NCBI GenBank assembly: GCA_965202585.1
Contig: OZ241828.1
Location: forward strand, 57,908,001 to 57,972,000
Direction: 5' to 3'
Source of the DNA: Thalia democratica
Lineage: Eukaryota
DNA length: 64,000 nucleotides
Positions within the stretch are counted from its first letter, which is position 1; every line of letters begins with the position of its first letter. A model generated the notes under the pieces. That model was given only the letters and a program-made list of their open reading frames with translations, ran no database searches and was not told the origin of the DNA. The position numbers and the translations under genes are program-made. Below, one piece after another: positions 1 to 14,102 of the stretch.

Positions 1-2093
1 ACGAGGGTATAAGTTACTTATATAATGTTAGAGGCCTAGTTTATTACTCAATGTACGCTTTAAGAGATGTCCCCAAGCTAATGCTTAAACTATATTTGAT
101 AAATAATCTAATATGACTTACTTACTATTTACTAAAGATTTAATACATAAATTACTTATACTACTTTTAAACGTAATTCGAGTCTGTGGTGATTAAATAT
201 ATTTACAATAAAGTTGCGAAACGAAAAGAAGTTAATATAATACTTAACATAAAATACCAATTAATCAAATTATCAATTCTTTTAAAAGAATATAGTACAT
301 GAATCAAAGAAGCTAAACACTTGATGTTTGTTTAAACTAAGCTCACCAAACGAATTAATTGCAAACTAATCGTTCGCTTATACGAGATCTATACCATACA
401 CAAAATAAATGGAGCAAAAAGTCTCCAACAAAGCCAATGGATTATAGCTAAATGCAAAACAGCAAAAACTAAAAAGCCAAGCTAATGCGTAGCTAGCGTT
501 TTTGAACAAATTACATTCTATTAAAAAGGAGAAAATGCAAATACCATAACAAAAGTAAGCTTATATATAAAAAATACCATTCTAAATATTTAAATATTAA
601 GTAAATAACAGCATCACCGGAAAAATTTATATACAAAGTGTAAAACATGTAAAGCTCTTAGCAAAATGTAACTGATTTGTATAAAATAATTTCAAACTTA
701 ATTTAAAACAACTTTTTAATTGAGCAGCAAAGCAACCATACACTTAAAAATAAGTTTGAAAACCTTTAATATATAAACTCTATAAGCTTAGGGGTTTGCG
801 TGGTTTCTTTCGGGTTCTGCGACTAATGGTGTGGGGATAAAATTACACTCAGCGACCAGCTACTTGGCTGTAGATCGTGTTAGCCTTTTCAGGATCTCTT
901 TTAAGTGCGTGTAAAAAGGAAAATTGTAGCATTAGAAAACACTTATAAAAAAAAAGATTAAAAAAACACTTATAATGAGTTAAGGTATACCTTAGTTGTT
1001 TAACGTCGACGCTAGGACTTTAACTCAAACAACCTAAGTAAATATCTAACTCCTCGGTACTGGGTAAAAGGCTGATTGTGCAAATAGTAATTTATTGTAG
1101 ATGAGTTAAGTGTTATTTTTTTTGTTTAATACTTAGTTTTAGGTTGTTAAATACTAATACAGAGCAAAACATTTAGCTTTCTACAACAGCATCTAATATT
1201 TGCTTGATCTTTTCAACACAAAGTTTAGGTACTTAATTTTAATGGAAAGTAGAAAGTTAAGTTTTCTAAAAAGTGAAAAATACTAAAACCAATCAATTTT
1301 AAGAAAACCCGAAAACTAATAAAATTAGTTTTAGATACTGATGATAACAGTCTAACTTAAATAAAATATTTCGTTAGGGGCAAAAATTTAACAAAAACAT
1401 GTATTTTTCTAAAAGTAATAAAATCTGAAAAGCACTTTGTTTATCTTCCTTTATAATTTTTTTTTTTACTTTTGATAAAAACAACTAAAAGCTAGATAAA
1501 AACTAAAAGTTTTTAAAATTAGTCAAGGTCCCTAATTTATAAAATCTTATGCACGTAGATAAGACTAAGCGACAGAATAAAAACACTTTTAATGTTTAGT
1601 CCTAGGACCTGGTGCACAAAATAATCTTTCGGCTATCGAGTCGCACACCGCGGGTACCTTTTAACGCATGTTTTAGTTCAATTTAAATAACATTATCAAT
1701 GCAAATAAACGGTACAAAAAGTGTAAAACATGTAAAGTTAATTGGTAAAACTAACTAAGCTACTTGGTTAAAAAATTTTTTAATTCAATTTGAAAAAATT
1801 TAAAAACTTTAATGTAAGAAAGCATTAAATGTTTAATAGAAATACAAAAAAGTTTTTTAAGACATTTTTATTTATAAGACATTTAAAAATAAATTTAAAA
1901 TTAGGATCTAGCCTGACCTAAATCATCTAGATACTTTAAATTCTATCAGAACAACTACTTGTAAATTAAAAAAGTTTGCTATCATTATCTAACAAAAGTT
2001 TTAAAATTTTTCGCAAAAACGCATAAGAGTTTTTTTTTCTCTTCATCACAAACTCTAAATTACCTATTTATTTTCTGAATAACTTGCCAAAGT

Positions 2094-2189
2094 TAGTGAT
2101 CAACCGGATCCACAAAATTTGGATTAGGCCGGATATGGATCAGAATCTATCTTTGAAATTTGGATCAGACTGGATCTGGTAGATCATTA
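2094..2189. mobile_element. 96-bp MITE sharing TIRs with the 26007-29419 hAT
   Basis: TAGTGATCAACCGGATCC ... GGATCTGGTAGATCATTA; no TSD match seen. Confidence 0.7.
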
Positions 2190-3593
2190 TTTTTAAATAA
2201 AAAGTGTGAGTTATCTTTAAAGTTTCTTTTTGAGCATTAAAAAAATGCTGTAAAGTTTTTACACCATAATATAGTTAATTACGTTTTTTTTTTTGTAAAA
2301 TATAAAATGTCGTGAGCAGTCCAAAACGCTTAAAAAAGATAAGTTTTAGTAATGTTAAATAGTTTTTCTTGAAACAATAAAAGTCTACTTTTTTATTAAA
2401 GTTTTGCTTTATTTTTTTTTATTCATTGCTTACTTATCTAAAGTTATAAAGCTTACATAAAGATACTACATAATTTAAAAAAAAAAAGCTTATTATTAAA
2501 GTTATTAATCACAAATTAAGGTGATTATCAGAACAATTTAATTATAAAAAAATATTTCGATTGTCAAACATTTTTAAGGTAATAATTATTTTCCGTGAAT
2601 TTCTATTATTAGCAGAAAAACTAAGTCTTTGGTATTGTAAATGTTTATAGTTTATGATACCAAGGAAAAATTTCTAAAATGCATAAAAATCTAAAATATT
2701 TTGTACAGCATCTTATTGTAAGTATAGTTATCGTCGTTAAAAGCTTCAAATTCCAGTTAAAACGTTTTCACACATTAATAATAGGGAAATTGCTGAGTTA
2801 TTACTGCAAAAAATACTAATTATGTAATTTGAATCTAGGGTAGCATAGGTAGAGTTAACGCAAAATAATCTAACCTTAGACGATCCTAAGTCTCTGAAAA
2901 CAGTCAAAGTTTGGTTTTTAAAGTGTAGAAGCTGTAACTTTAACTTCACTCATGAAGACTGAGTATAGAGATAATCATAGCTAAATAAAGATTTAAGTTG
3001 AAACTCAAATGTCATAAAATGAACTACTAGAATTTTAAATGTCAGAATATGGAAAATTTATTTTTTGAAATATTAAACTTTAATAGTCAGCACTTTAATA
3101 GTAGTAAGTTGAATTGTAGAGTTTTATAACTAAATAGAATCGTCAGAAACTTAACTGACATGACGTTACTTGAAATTTCGACATTACAACCGCGCTTTAG
3201 TTTTTTAGGAATTAGATTCATAATTACAATATTCGACAATGCCTCGTATAGGTGTAAAAACACTTCACAATGATAAAGGAAACCAATTTTCACAATATCA
3301 CAAATGTTTTCTTTACCATTCACAATATTAGTTTCCTTTCTACTCATTTGGTTAAAGATTTATTTAGTTAAATGAAAGCACTGCATAGTTGTACGTTGTG
3401 CTCTTTGAGCTTCTACTGTGCAGAGATAAACAGTAGTCGGTGGTTGCGTGTTTACAGTGATACTGTAACCGCTCATAGAGTGGTTACGTTGGGTAAAGGA
3501 CATATTAAGGGGGCAATTAGGGAAAGGTTAAATATTATAACATTATAACTTCACTACTAAAAAATAAGTTATTGTATAAATACTACTTAATAC

Positions 3594-4047
3594 GGTAGGG
3601 GTCGGGTATTTGTAGGAGTAAAATATGCATGAAAGGACACTTTTGCACGGAGAGAACTTTTACAAAATTTGTAAAATTTTGTAGTTTAAATTTTTTTTTA
3701 GCTACCACTGTAAACTTAACCCTTACCCTCGGTCGGTAACTTTTTTTTTCTTTTTGTCTTTCTGTTTAATTAATTTTTTGATTAGTAATTTTAATTAGTT
3801 ATTATTTGTTTTCATTTTTACTATCACTGTTACGCCTAACTCTTACCCTCGGTCGATAATTTCTTTGTATTTATATTTTTCTTGTTTTGTTAAATAGTGT
3901 TAATAGTAATTTTATTAATTTACAATTTATTTTTTTCTCCATCTAAATTGACCCTTCATGCAAAAGTGACCCTCCGTGCAAAAGTGTCCCTTTGTGCATA
4001 TTTAACCCTTCGTGCAAATGTGTCTTCGTGTATATTTGATCGTTACC
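3594..4047. mobile_element. MITE of the CACTTTTGCACGG family with internal CCCTAACCCTTACCC repeats
   Basis: Inverted subterminal repeats (AAATATGCA..AAGGACACTTTTGCACGGAG) and internal repeated ACTATCACTGTTAC.CCTAAC.CTTACCCTCGGTCG units; relatives at ~53390-53842 and ~55547-56035. Confidence 0.7.
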
Positions 4048-5124
4048 ATCAGATACATAGACTAATATTTATATTTTAGAAGCTCAGTAAAAAATATGTA
4101 TAAAACTAAAATCTTCTAAGAGTAAGTATAATAAAAACTTTAATAGTATTAGAAAACCCGAAAACTAGCAAAGTTAGTTTACGATCTAGTTAAAAGAAAC
4201 TAAGTTTAACTTAGATAAAGTGCTTACGTTACAACTAAATTTAAACGAGTAAAAGACACAACAAATATTTATTACTCCTTTTTAACTACAAAAAAACACA
4301 AAACGACACTAAAACTTTCAACAACGATTGAATATTTCAGGAAAAAACCCGTTAATGAAACCACTCGGGAGGTTAAGCTGAAAGATAAATTTGGGCAACT
4401 TTATCCAGATTTAGAATAGTAACTGCTTGAGTTGGGCGAAAGGTTCACTGTCCAATTTTTAGAACTTCTTGAGTACTCTTAACTTGATTGAAAAATAGAA
4501 TTATAGCGAACTTCGAACAAAATGATGTAACGTGTGACGTAAAAATGGCAAAATTTCACAATTTAAAAATAGAAACAACAAAAAACACTGCTTCTTAGTA
4601 ACTTAAATTTTTGACTTTAAAAGTATATCAAAAGCCCAGGAAACTTTGACTCGTATAATCGAAAAAACTGAGCAGAAATGATTCGAGAGAATTGGCTTTT
4701 TTGCGGAAATTTCCTATAACTTAATCAAGTACTTATCGAAAAAACGTCCAAAGACTAAAATATGTCGTATATTTTGGAAATGCAGCAAAAATTATAAAGT
4801 TTTGATGGTTAACACTTTTTTGATACTTAATAGTAAGGACAAATAGTGGACACTGTCCTTACAATACAAATTGGTGTTTGGGAAATATTCTTCTAGTATA
4901 CTTCTGCAGTCAAGCAGAGTAAATATTTAGAAAGTATCATGACTATGACGCAGTACAGACACGATATTCTTAGGAAAATCTTAATAAAAAGGTTAAACTT
5001 CCATACGGATTTTATTTTATGTTTTAAAAAAATGTATGAAAACAATGATGAACTAGGATACTTGACCCATAAAAATTTAAATTTATATTTAATAACCTTA
5101 ATGTATTAATAAATATATACTAAT

Positions 5125-8100
5125 TAAATAATTTCAGATTGAGAGTTTTATTCAACACGTTGTTTCATGTAAACGCCACAATTTAAAAACTCTATAAAGT
5201 AAGATAGACAAAGCCATATATACTACTATTAGATGCTACTAATCAACACCAATCAGCTCTAATTATATTCTTATTACAACTGATTAAATTAAATGAGCTT
5301 GCTAAGTTGACAAAAAGGTTCCAACATGCTTAATAGCTAATTAAGTAAAAAACCTATGGGATACGTACTAAATATATAAATAAATAAATAACTAGAAAAC
5401 ACAAATACAACAATAATACAAAAAGAATAAAAAGTAAAATAAAATAAAAATGCAAGCACAAATGTAAAATACTTATAAATTTGTAAATACGGACATGGCA
5501 ATGTTATGATTTTAAATGAAATTTAGCGAAGTGTCTGCATTTGTCAATTAACTCAGTTCTGGAGTTGAGGGATGATTTTTTGTCGGCAAATGCTATTTCC
5601 AGTCTTTCTACATTGCACAGGGAGCAAATTTTGCTCGGTTTGCGTTGATTAATTTTCTGCATTATTTTCCACTTGACGTTTTTCTTGGTCATTTCTTTGT
5701 TGAATTTGGCAGCCTGAATGAAAGAGCTTAGTTTCGTCGATTCTCTCAGATTTTTGTTTCTTAAGCTATGCTCGTTGTATCTTATTTTAAAGTTTCTTGC
5801 GGTAGATCCAATATAATGGTGATCTTTGTTATTGTATGTTACCGTGGCTTTGTATATAACACTTCTGGAAAGACGTTTGGCTTCCACTAGACATGATGTT
5901 TTAACTCTGCAATTGCAAGTTGTTTCATTTTTCTTTTGATTTTTGCATTCCTCTATGATTTTAAGACTTGATTTGCTAATTTCGGATTCTATGTTGGGCA
6001 TACATGAGTAATTAATTTTGATCGTATTTATGTTCAGAATTTTATTTAAGGGTCCGTTTTTAGGGAAGTATTTGTCTACTAACTTATTATTTTCCTACTA
6101 CGAAATTATTTTCCTAATTTAGTTTTTAAAGTTGAGCTAAATGAAGGGTTTTAGTATAATACTTTCTTTTTTCTTCTTCGTTTTCTTTTTTTCCGGCTAT
6201 GCCATCTTTTTGGTTTGAGTATTCTAGAAATTTATTAAATCCACTCTTTTTTTCCTCGTACGGTTCTTTGTATTTGTTTAACATAGATTTGTTTTTTTGA
6301 CAAAGCAGATAATCTATTTTGTATCATATTAATTAGTTCTCTTTTGAAGCTTGGTGGATGATTACAGTTTATATGTATGCATTTATCTTTTGCGTTAAAC
6401 TTTCTGTGGGGATGGTATATATCATTTTGTAAATCAAATGAAATATCCAGAAAGTCTACTTTGCTGCTGTCTAACTCAATTTTAATTCTTAAGTTTTGTT
6501 CCGAGAAAACTGCTTTGATATTCTTTCTTGTCTTTTTTATGATTCTTTTTGAACGTTTTTTAATTATTAAATGTCCATCATCGCGGTATAACCCGAAGTT
6601 TTCTTCAGATAAAATTTGGTTCAGATTGTTTAATAGGAACAAACCGATTAACTCGCAAATTTCAGCGCCATGGTAACTTCCCATCGGCACGTCGAATAGG
6701 TCTTCTTTTGCATTATTTTATCTAAACTTCGTTGACATGTATAAAAGAACTTTCTTACAAGAGTGCAGTCTTATTTCTATGTCTGAGCTGGTTATTTTCG
6801 TGTATTTTTTTTGCAAATTCGATAGATTTCAATAACTTGGATAGAATTCCTCTATATCAAATGTGTAAATACTTTTGTTGGTGATTTTATAATACCATGT
6901 TATAACATTATCGGTATTTTTCCATTGTTGCAATTTAGTCTTTTCTTTAATTTTAGGGATTATTTCGTCTTAAATATTTCTACTGATTATTCCAGTACTC
7001 GATTTTGCTGGATTCAGGAGTCTGCATTTTAGGTTATAAGGAAAGTTTTCCTTGTGGTCTTTAAAGGTAATAAATGCATTATTGTCAGTAAATCTTCTAA
7101 TTTTTCCTTTTATTTTATTCTTTGAAATTATTCCTGCACCTTCGTTGTTTACGTTGTTTAAGGTTCAAATTGGTGCCTTTTTGTAGCTCGCAGTCATGTT
7201 GTCCATTAGCGTTTTGTTGTAGAGATCTATGTCAACTTTGTACATGTTTGATGTTTTGTCAGCCTTAACTATGATTTTTCTCTTATCTTTTATTTCGTTA
7301 ATTTATTTCCTTAGCTCATTTTGGTGTTTGGAACTGCTATTCTTAGATTTTAGGTTTTTGCACAGGTCAAATAAATCATTTTCAAAGCCTATAATTTTTC
7401 TTGAAATCGGGGAGTTAAAACATCATGCCCAGTGGAAGCCAAAAGCCTTTCCAGAAGTGTTAATACAAAGGCACGGTAACACACAATAACAAAGATCACC
7501 ATTATATTGGATCTACTGCAAGAAACTTTAAAATAAGATACAACGAGCATAGCTTCAGAAACAAAATTCTGAGAGAATCGACGAAACTGAGCTCTTTCAT
7601 TCAGGCTGCCAAATTCAACAAAGAAATGACCAAGAAAAACATCAAGTTGAAAATAATGCATAAATTAATCAACGCAAACCGAGCAAAATTTGCTCCCTGT
7701 GCAAAGTAGAAAGACTGGAAATAGCATTTGCCGACAAAAAATCATCCTTCAACTCCAGAACTCAGTTAATTGGCAAATGCAGACACTTCGCTAAATTTTA
7801 TTTAAAATCATAACATTGCCATGTCCGTATTTACAAATTTTATAAGTATTTTACATTTGTGCTTGCATTTTTATTTACTTTTACTTTTTATTCTTTTTGT
7901 ATTATTGTTGTATTTGTGTTTTCTAGTTACTTATTAATTTACTTATCTATTTTGTACGTATCCCATAAGTTTTTTACTTAATTAGCTATTAAACATGTTG
8001 GAATCTTTTTGTCAACTTAGCAAGCTCATTTAATTTAATCAGTTGTAATAAGAATACAATTAGTGCTAAATGGTGTCGATTAGTAGCATCTAATAGTAGT

Positions 8101-8190
8101 ATATATGGCTTTGTCTATCTTACTTTATAGAGTTTCAAATCGTGATTGCGTTTGCAGGAAACGACGTGTTAAATAAAACTCTCAATCTGA
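5125..8190 (-). mobile_element. Decayed Penelope-like retroelement of a second clade, with inverted 5' pseudo-LTR (7425-8190, plus)
   Basis: Minus-strand fragments: IVKADKTSNMY (~7230), MGSYHGAEICELIGL and GLYRDDG (6235-6690), CNCR...YIGSTARNFKIRYNEH...CSLC...CRH (5504-6001). 7425-8190 is an inverted copy of 5125-5900. Multiple stops and frameshifts. Confidence 0.9.
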
Positions 8191-10724
8191 AATTGTTTAA
8201 TTAATGTTTACTTGCTGGTTTTCAGTTGAGCTCTTTATTGGAACTATAACTCACTATAAACTAAAAACAATTAATAAAAATACTTGATATATTAAACCGT
8301 AGTTGCGAGATTTTTATGATTCACCCAAAATTACTTATACATAAAGTTTTTAATTAAAACAGTCAGATTTATTATTCAACAATCTTTATATTTGGAAGTT
8401 CTGGCAACCTTCAGTAATTAAACTTATAAGCATTAGTAATGTAGCTAAAATAGCATAAAAGTTTTATATCATCTAAAACCCGGGTATTAATAATTAAGTT
8501 ATATAAATTAGTAACATGACAATTTACGTAAAAACAATCCAAATTTTTATAAGCAATTTTTATAAATTTCTACATTTTTATAAACAATGTGATCCATATC
8601 AAAAAATAATTAAAATTTTTAAATAAAATACAATGTTAGTCTAACACTAACTGTGATATAGAAATGTTTTTGAATAAAAATATTAAGAATAGAGTTTATT
8701 TATAACTGCTCAAAATTTCCTTTCTTGTGGTGTTCAACTCGATAAATGAAAAGTTCCTTTAAACCCCAGGTCCTTAGACCAATCTTTTTGAGCGCTTTTT
8801 TGTCGTTGTATAAACAATATTCTTGAAGTAAGTTTTTAGCCGTATTTTAAAAAATAATTAAATTTAAAGAAACAGAAATGGAAATGCTAAAAAATAAAAT
8901 GATGTTTATTAAAAAAGCTAATTTCCAACAAATAAAAATCTTTTAATTGGCGTTAATCACCCATTTTAATCATATATCTAAAAATTTAACTTTCACTATT
9001 TGTTATCTGGTTGAACTATCAGTTTTGTAGCAAATGCAATTAACAATAATGAAAAATATTAAAACCAAATGCTTAAGTCTTACATCTAAATAAATATCTA
9101 AAAAGTTTAGAAAATGTTTACTGTGAATGTAAATTACACGAACTATAATACAAAACACAAGGTACAAACCTTGATATTATTAAAAAAAAAGTCTTTTCCG
9201 TAAAACCTTAGAGTTATAAAACAAAGTTTACTGTTATAACACTAAATAGTAGTTAGTATCATAACTTTATTTTAAAGATAAATTTTAAGATGACTGGATT
9301 CATAACGATTCAAATTTTAACAATTGAATTCCGTAAATACAAATTCTTAAATGCGACATTTCAACTACTATTCAGAGAATACAAACTAAGTTAATTCAAA
9401 TTTATGACAATTAAAATTATAACTCTTTAAATTTGACAATAAAATATTCAACTTAATTTTTGTTTGCCTTTGATTACGATTAGTCATAATAAGTCTGTAA
9501 GACATCATTTAGTGACAGTTATAAGTGTACATTATCAACTTAACGGCTTATCACAGTTTTATAATTTGTTTTTTGGACAGATTAGATGAAATCCGGTTTT
9601 TTTAAAACATGACATTTAAACTTTTAAATTGATTTTTTTTTAATTTACTGTTTTGGACTACATAAATTAAGTTTTTTTTAAACTGTAAATTTTTGATGTT
9701 TGTATAAACATTTTAGTAGTGTATAAAGTTTAAGATAATAGCTTATAAATAATTAACATGTGTAACTATTATATATTATAAGCTAAATTCATTGTGAGGT
9801 GAAAGTTATTTTTAGTTATAAGTACTGACATATGAAATAGAATTTAAATTGTTGTAGTTTGAAAAATTTAAATCTTAATTGTCATCATTTAAATTATTAA
9901 CATTTCACACTTGACAATTTTAAAACTTACAATTTAAATTGTTGGAATTATAATGTCAAACATTAAATAGCCGGGTTTTTCACGTCAATATTTGTTTGCT
10001 CACGTGATTAAATATAATCTGCATGTTTTTATTCAAACTGTTTGAACTATATTTACATCAATCAAGTTAAGATATGATTTCTTTTAAGTTTTTATATTTA
10101 GAAACTTTCGATATTTCTTTATACCTTGTGTGGTAGGTGCTCACTTCTTAAAGTGTGAATCTTTTCGATTTCTCCACAGCGTGTTAAAAAAGAAAACACA
10201 TTTTAATGTTTTATTAAAACTTTAACATTTAAAACTAATCGCGTCTGTATTGAGATTTCAAGTAGTATTTGGTACCTATTTTGTGGCTACAGTGTTCTAA
10301 CTTACATACCGTGATCTATTGAAATTTACACATCGATAGGTTATTATTTTGTGTATTTCACGAATAAAAGTAAGTAAATAAATAGTTTTTAGCCTTTAGC
10401 AAAGGATTATACAAAGCATCAAAACAAAAACAAAACATTGTATTAGTTTTTAATTAATAAACAGTAGTACAATTTTTAACCGTTTTTAACCTATAAAATA
10501 ATAAGATAAGATAGCAAGTAATGTCAAGTATGTAACACTTATTGAACTTAAAATAGTTAATTTTAATCTAATTTTCAGAAGTATAAGATCTTGAACATTT
10601 CAAAATAGATTTTGCTTAAAACACAAAAGACTCAATTTAAATTTTGAACAAATAAATGAAATAATTAATGTAACAAATTTTAAACAATAAATCTTTAATT
10701 ATTGGAACATAAAAGACCAGTAAT

Positions 10725-12705
10725 TATACTATAAGATATACAAGACACACAATTTCAATAAAATTAGATATATTTCGAGCAAAGAGTAGAGTACAAAGCT
10801 AAAAATATTTAAAATTTTACAATTTTATATAGTAACCAAGTAATTAAATAATCGTAGAATAATCTAGAGATTAATAAACGACAAAAGCAGTTAGTAACAA
10901 TTAGACAAATTTAAGTTTACTTAAGTTATAATTGATCTACATTAAAACTAAACATAAATAAAATGAAAACAACACTTATAAAGTACTACAAAAACACAGA
11001 AACAGTATAATCAAAATCTTTTTGATTACATAAAACAGGTTTCCTTAACAAAATACAAATGGCTTCTAATTTAATCAAATCGAAAACATTATAATAAGTT
11101 TTAATAATTTTAAATCTGTTCAGATAATAACTGTTTGCAAAAGTTGAATTATTAACCAAATGTTCTGCAATAGATGAACGTTTAAATGCTTTTAAAACCT
11201 TGACTGATTTATAAACTTTTGTATCTGAAAAGCAAAAGTTATTTACACTCTTAAGTACATGCTCTTTTATCCGTTTCTTTAGATGTATTGTTGTTAATCC
11301 AATACAGCTTGTTTTACATCAGCAGCTGTATTGGTAAATTATCATACTTTTATTTAAGTTTGATATTGGATCCTTACAACCTGGTGTTAATAGTGGTTTA
11401 GAGGTGAAGACGATTCTACGGTTTGCTAAATAATAAGCATTTCTTATCAATTGTCTAATATTATTTTTTAACATTTCTAAACTTTTATCAATGAATGGGT
11501 TTTAAAAGTAACTACACATTTTTTAGGTCCTAATATCTTTAACCTATCCAAGTTTTTCAAATGTAAATAAATTGTTTTATTTACAAATTTTTGTGGGTAA
11601 CCGTTTTGTTTAATAATAACTTGATCTGTTAGATTACACTTAGTATCAGCTCTGGGAAACAAATTTTGTGTGCACGATGACACAAAGTTTTGATTAGAAT
11701 TACTTTTCCCTTTAAAATAGAGTTTGACTAAAATTAAAATAACATCTTGTAAAGGTTTTTTCTATAAACCGATGTTAAAAATCTATTTTCTTCTCGTAAA
11801 ACTTGTACATCTAAAAATGCAAGTTCATTATTGTTTGCTTTTTCCATTGTGAAAGTGAGAGATTTATAAGCATTATTCAAAATATTGAAAAATCATCAAT
11901 AATTTTCTCGCTTCTAACCAATAAAAAACAGTCATCAACATACCTTAGTACAACAATTTTTTTCGTAAGCAGGAATAATTTTTAGTTCAAAATGACGCAT
12001 AAATTATTAGCCTATGTTGGTCTCAAGGGGGATTCCATGGCTATCCCGTCTTATTGTGAGTAAATTAAGGAATTAAAACTAAACTTAATGCCAAAAGTTG
12101 CAAGTTTCAAAAGTATTTTTTAAATTCATTCTGTTAATTGTAGGTTTACTTGTCTTATACAATGTATCAACACAAATTTCAATGACCTCTTCCAACGGTA
12201 CGTTAGTAAAAAGACTTTTAACATCAAACGACGCAAAAAACGTATTATTTTCTTCCATACCTTTAATTTTGTCAACGAATGTAAAGAAATCTTTTAACTC
12301 TAATAGATTTAAAATTATCAAAACTTGTAGTAATGTTTTCGATTTGATTAAATTAGAAGCCATTTGTATTTTGTTAAAGAAACCTGTTTTATGTAAGCAA
12401 AAATATTTTGATTATACTGTTTCTTTATTTTCGTAACACTTTATAATTATTGTTTTCATTTTATTCATGTTTAGTTTTACTGTAGATCAATTAAAACGAA
12501 TATAAACTTAAGTTATTTTATTTTTTCTAATTTCTTTTGTCTTTCATTAATCTCTTGATTACTTTATAAATACTTGATTACTTGGTTACTATATAAGTGT
12601 GTAAAATTTTGTCTCTTATTAGCTATGTACTATACTGATGAGAATTGCTCGAAATATATCTAGTTTTTTTGAAATTGTGTGTCTTGTATATCTTATTGTA
12701 TAATA
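10725..12705 (-). mobile_element. Decayed Penelope-like retroelement related to the 61-64 kb element, with inverted pseudo-LTR (~12290-12705, plus)
   Basis: FASFDVKSLFTNVPLEEVIEIC (12085-12363), NGYPQKFV (11477-11683), GIY-YIG remnant. The plus-strand copy encodes FKIIKTCSNVFDLIKLEAI..KPVLCKQ..FDY, homologous to the 63.8 kb C-terminus. Boundaries approximate. Confidence 0.9.
12629..12664 (+). ncRNA. Degenerate minimal hammerhead ribozyme in the Penelope pseudo-LTR
   Basis: CTGATGA-GA-ATTGC-TC-GAAA-TATATC; core intact but stem I is disrupted. Confidence 0.5.
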
Positions 12706-14102
12706 CATATTTAGCGAATGCTTAAAAATAGTCGTTATGATCTATTTTGTGCTAAATAAAAACTTGAAATATTTTTTGTTTTATTAAGCAAAATATGTTT
12801 AAAAGAAATTAATAATGTCAACAATGATTATTCTACTTGGTTACAGAGCAGGGTTGCCGTAATTTTATTTTGTAAACTTAGCTGATGTAAACATTATAGT
12901 TTTATTCATTTAGATCATCATATGTCTTGACTAAGTAAGTGCTTAAAAGCAGGTTTATCAGAACTCCAAATTTCTTTTATGCATAAATTTTGTATTGAAT
13001 ATGATAAGAAAAACGTTCGTTTGTTGTAAATTAAGTATCATACTCAAATAATTGTTGCACAATATGCTAAATTTCAATTGGTAAACTATGTATTGTATTT
13101 TTTATTGAACGACAAGAAAAACACTCAAAGGTATATGTCTCAGGATTTGGTGTACGAAAAAACCTTTCAGCTATTAAGTCGTACACCACTTGGATACCTT
13201 TTAACGTCGTGTACAGGACTAAGCTTAATTTTATAAGTTTTGAAATTGCTATACTTTCAGAAGCATTAGATATTCTGTTCTAGTTTTGGAAACGTATTTA
13301 CAATTGAAGTCGAGATACATCCCTGTTATCTCTGTCATAAGAACTGATTAGGATATAACTAGTTTAAAATAAATAATATTACAGTTAAACTAAACTACAT
13401 TTAAAGTTTGTCACGTTTTTATCAATAACATAAACACAATAAAATAATCGGAACAAATAATACCTTGAAATGTTTAGAATTTAAAGAATCATTTACAAAA
13501 TTTATCATTTTTAAATTAATTAAAGTTTACATTTTTTATTTGTTAGTTTTTTTGTCGTTTAAAAATAATAAATTATTTTACTGTTTTGATAAAAATATTA
13601 TAATATTTTTATCAGTTAGTCGTAACTTAAAATATTTAGATAGAATATTTAGTATAAAAAGAGTGAAAACATTCCATTATCAAAAACAGTTTAAAAAGAT
13701 ACTTTAAGGTTAAAAAACTCTGTTTTGCACATACCTTAGTCACAAATAAAAACAGTTAATCACTTTAATTTGTAAAAATTAACTGTTTGCAACATATACC
13801 TATAAACTAAAAATTTTTTTTTATAGCTAAAGTTAATTCTTAAATTATTTTTTATGAACTAAAACCTATTGTTTATTTTTAAGATCCGCACAAATTAAAC
13901 TAACAAAATTGCGGGTTAGAACAGCACGGTGTCACTTAAGCACAGTGCGTCACTTTTGCATGGCGTCACTTTAGCACGGTGTCATTTTAGTATTGTTATT
14001 TAAATTATTTAGATATACTATTATTTTAATAATAATTATTATTAAAACTATTTTTATTAAACTGTTGAAATTGTTAGCCTACTGTACTTTATGAATCTAG
14101 CT

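Noticed and set aside
780-1085. tRNA or other RNA gene in a GC-richer patch
   Set aside because: No A/B boxes or cloverleaf; minus-strand motifs (GTCCT..GACGTTAAA) suggest a decayed SINE-like repeat, too uncertain to annotate.
3087-3347. Short minus-strand ORFs at 2746-2949 and 3087-3347
   Set aside because: AT-rich codons, no recognisable motif and no supporting splice chain; possibly TE debris.
8128-8183. Possible hammerhead in the pseudo-LTR of the 5-8 kb PLE (also ~5135-5190)
   Set aside because: GAAAC-NAC-GT and a distal stem are visible but CUGANGA is absent and the cleavage-site base is G; too degenerate to call.
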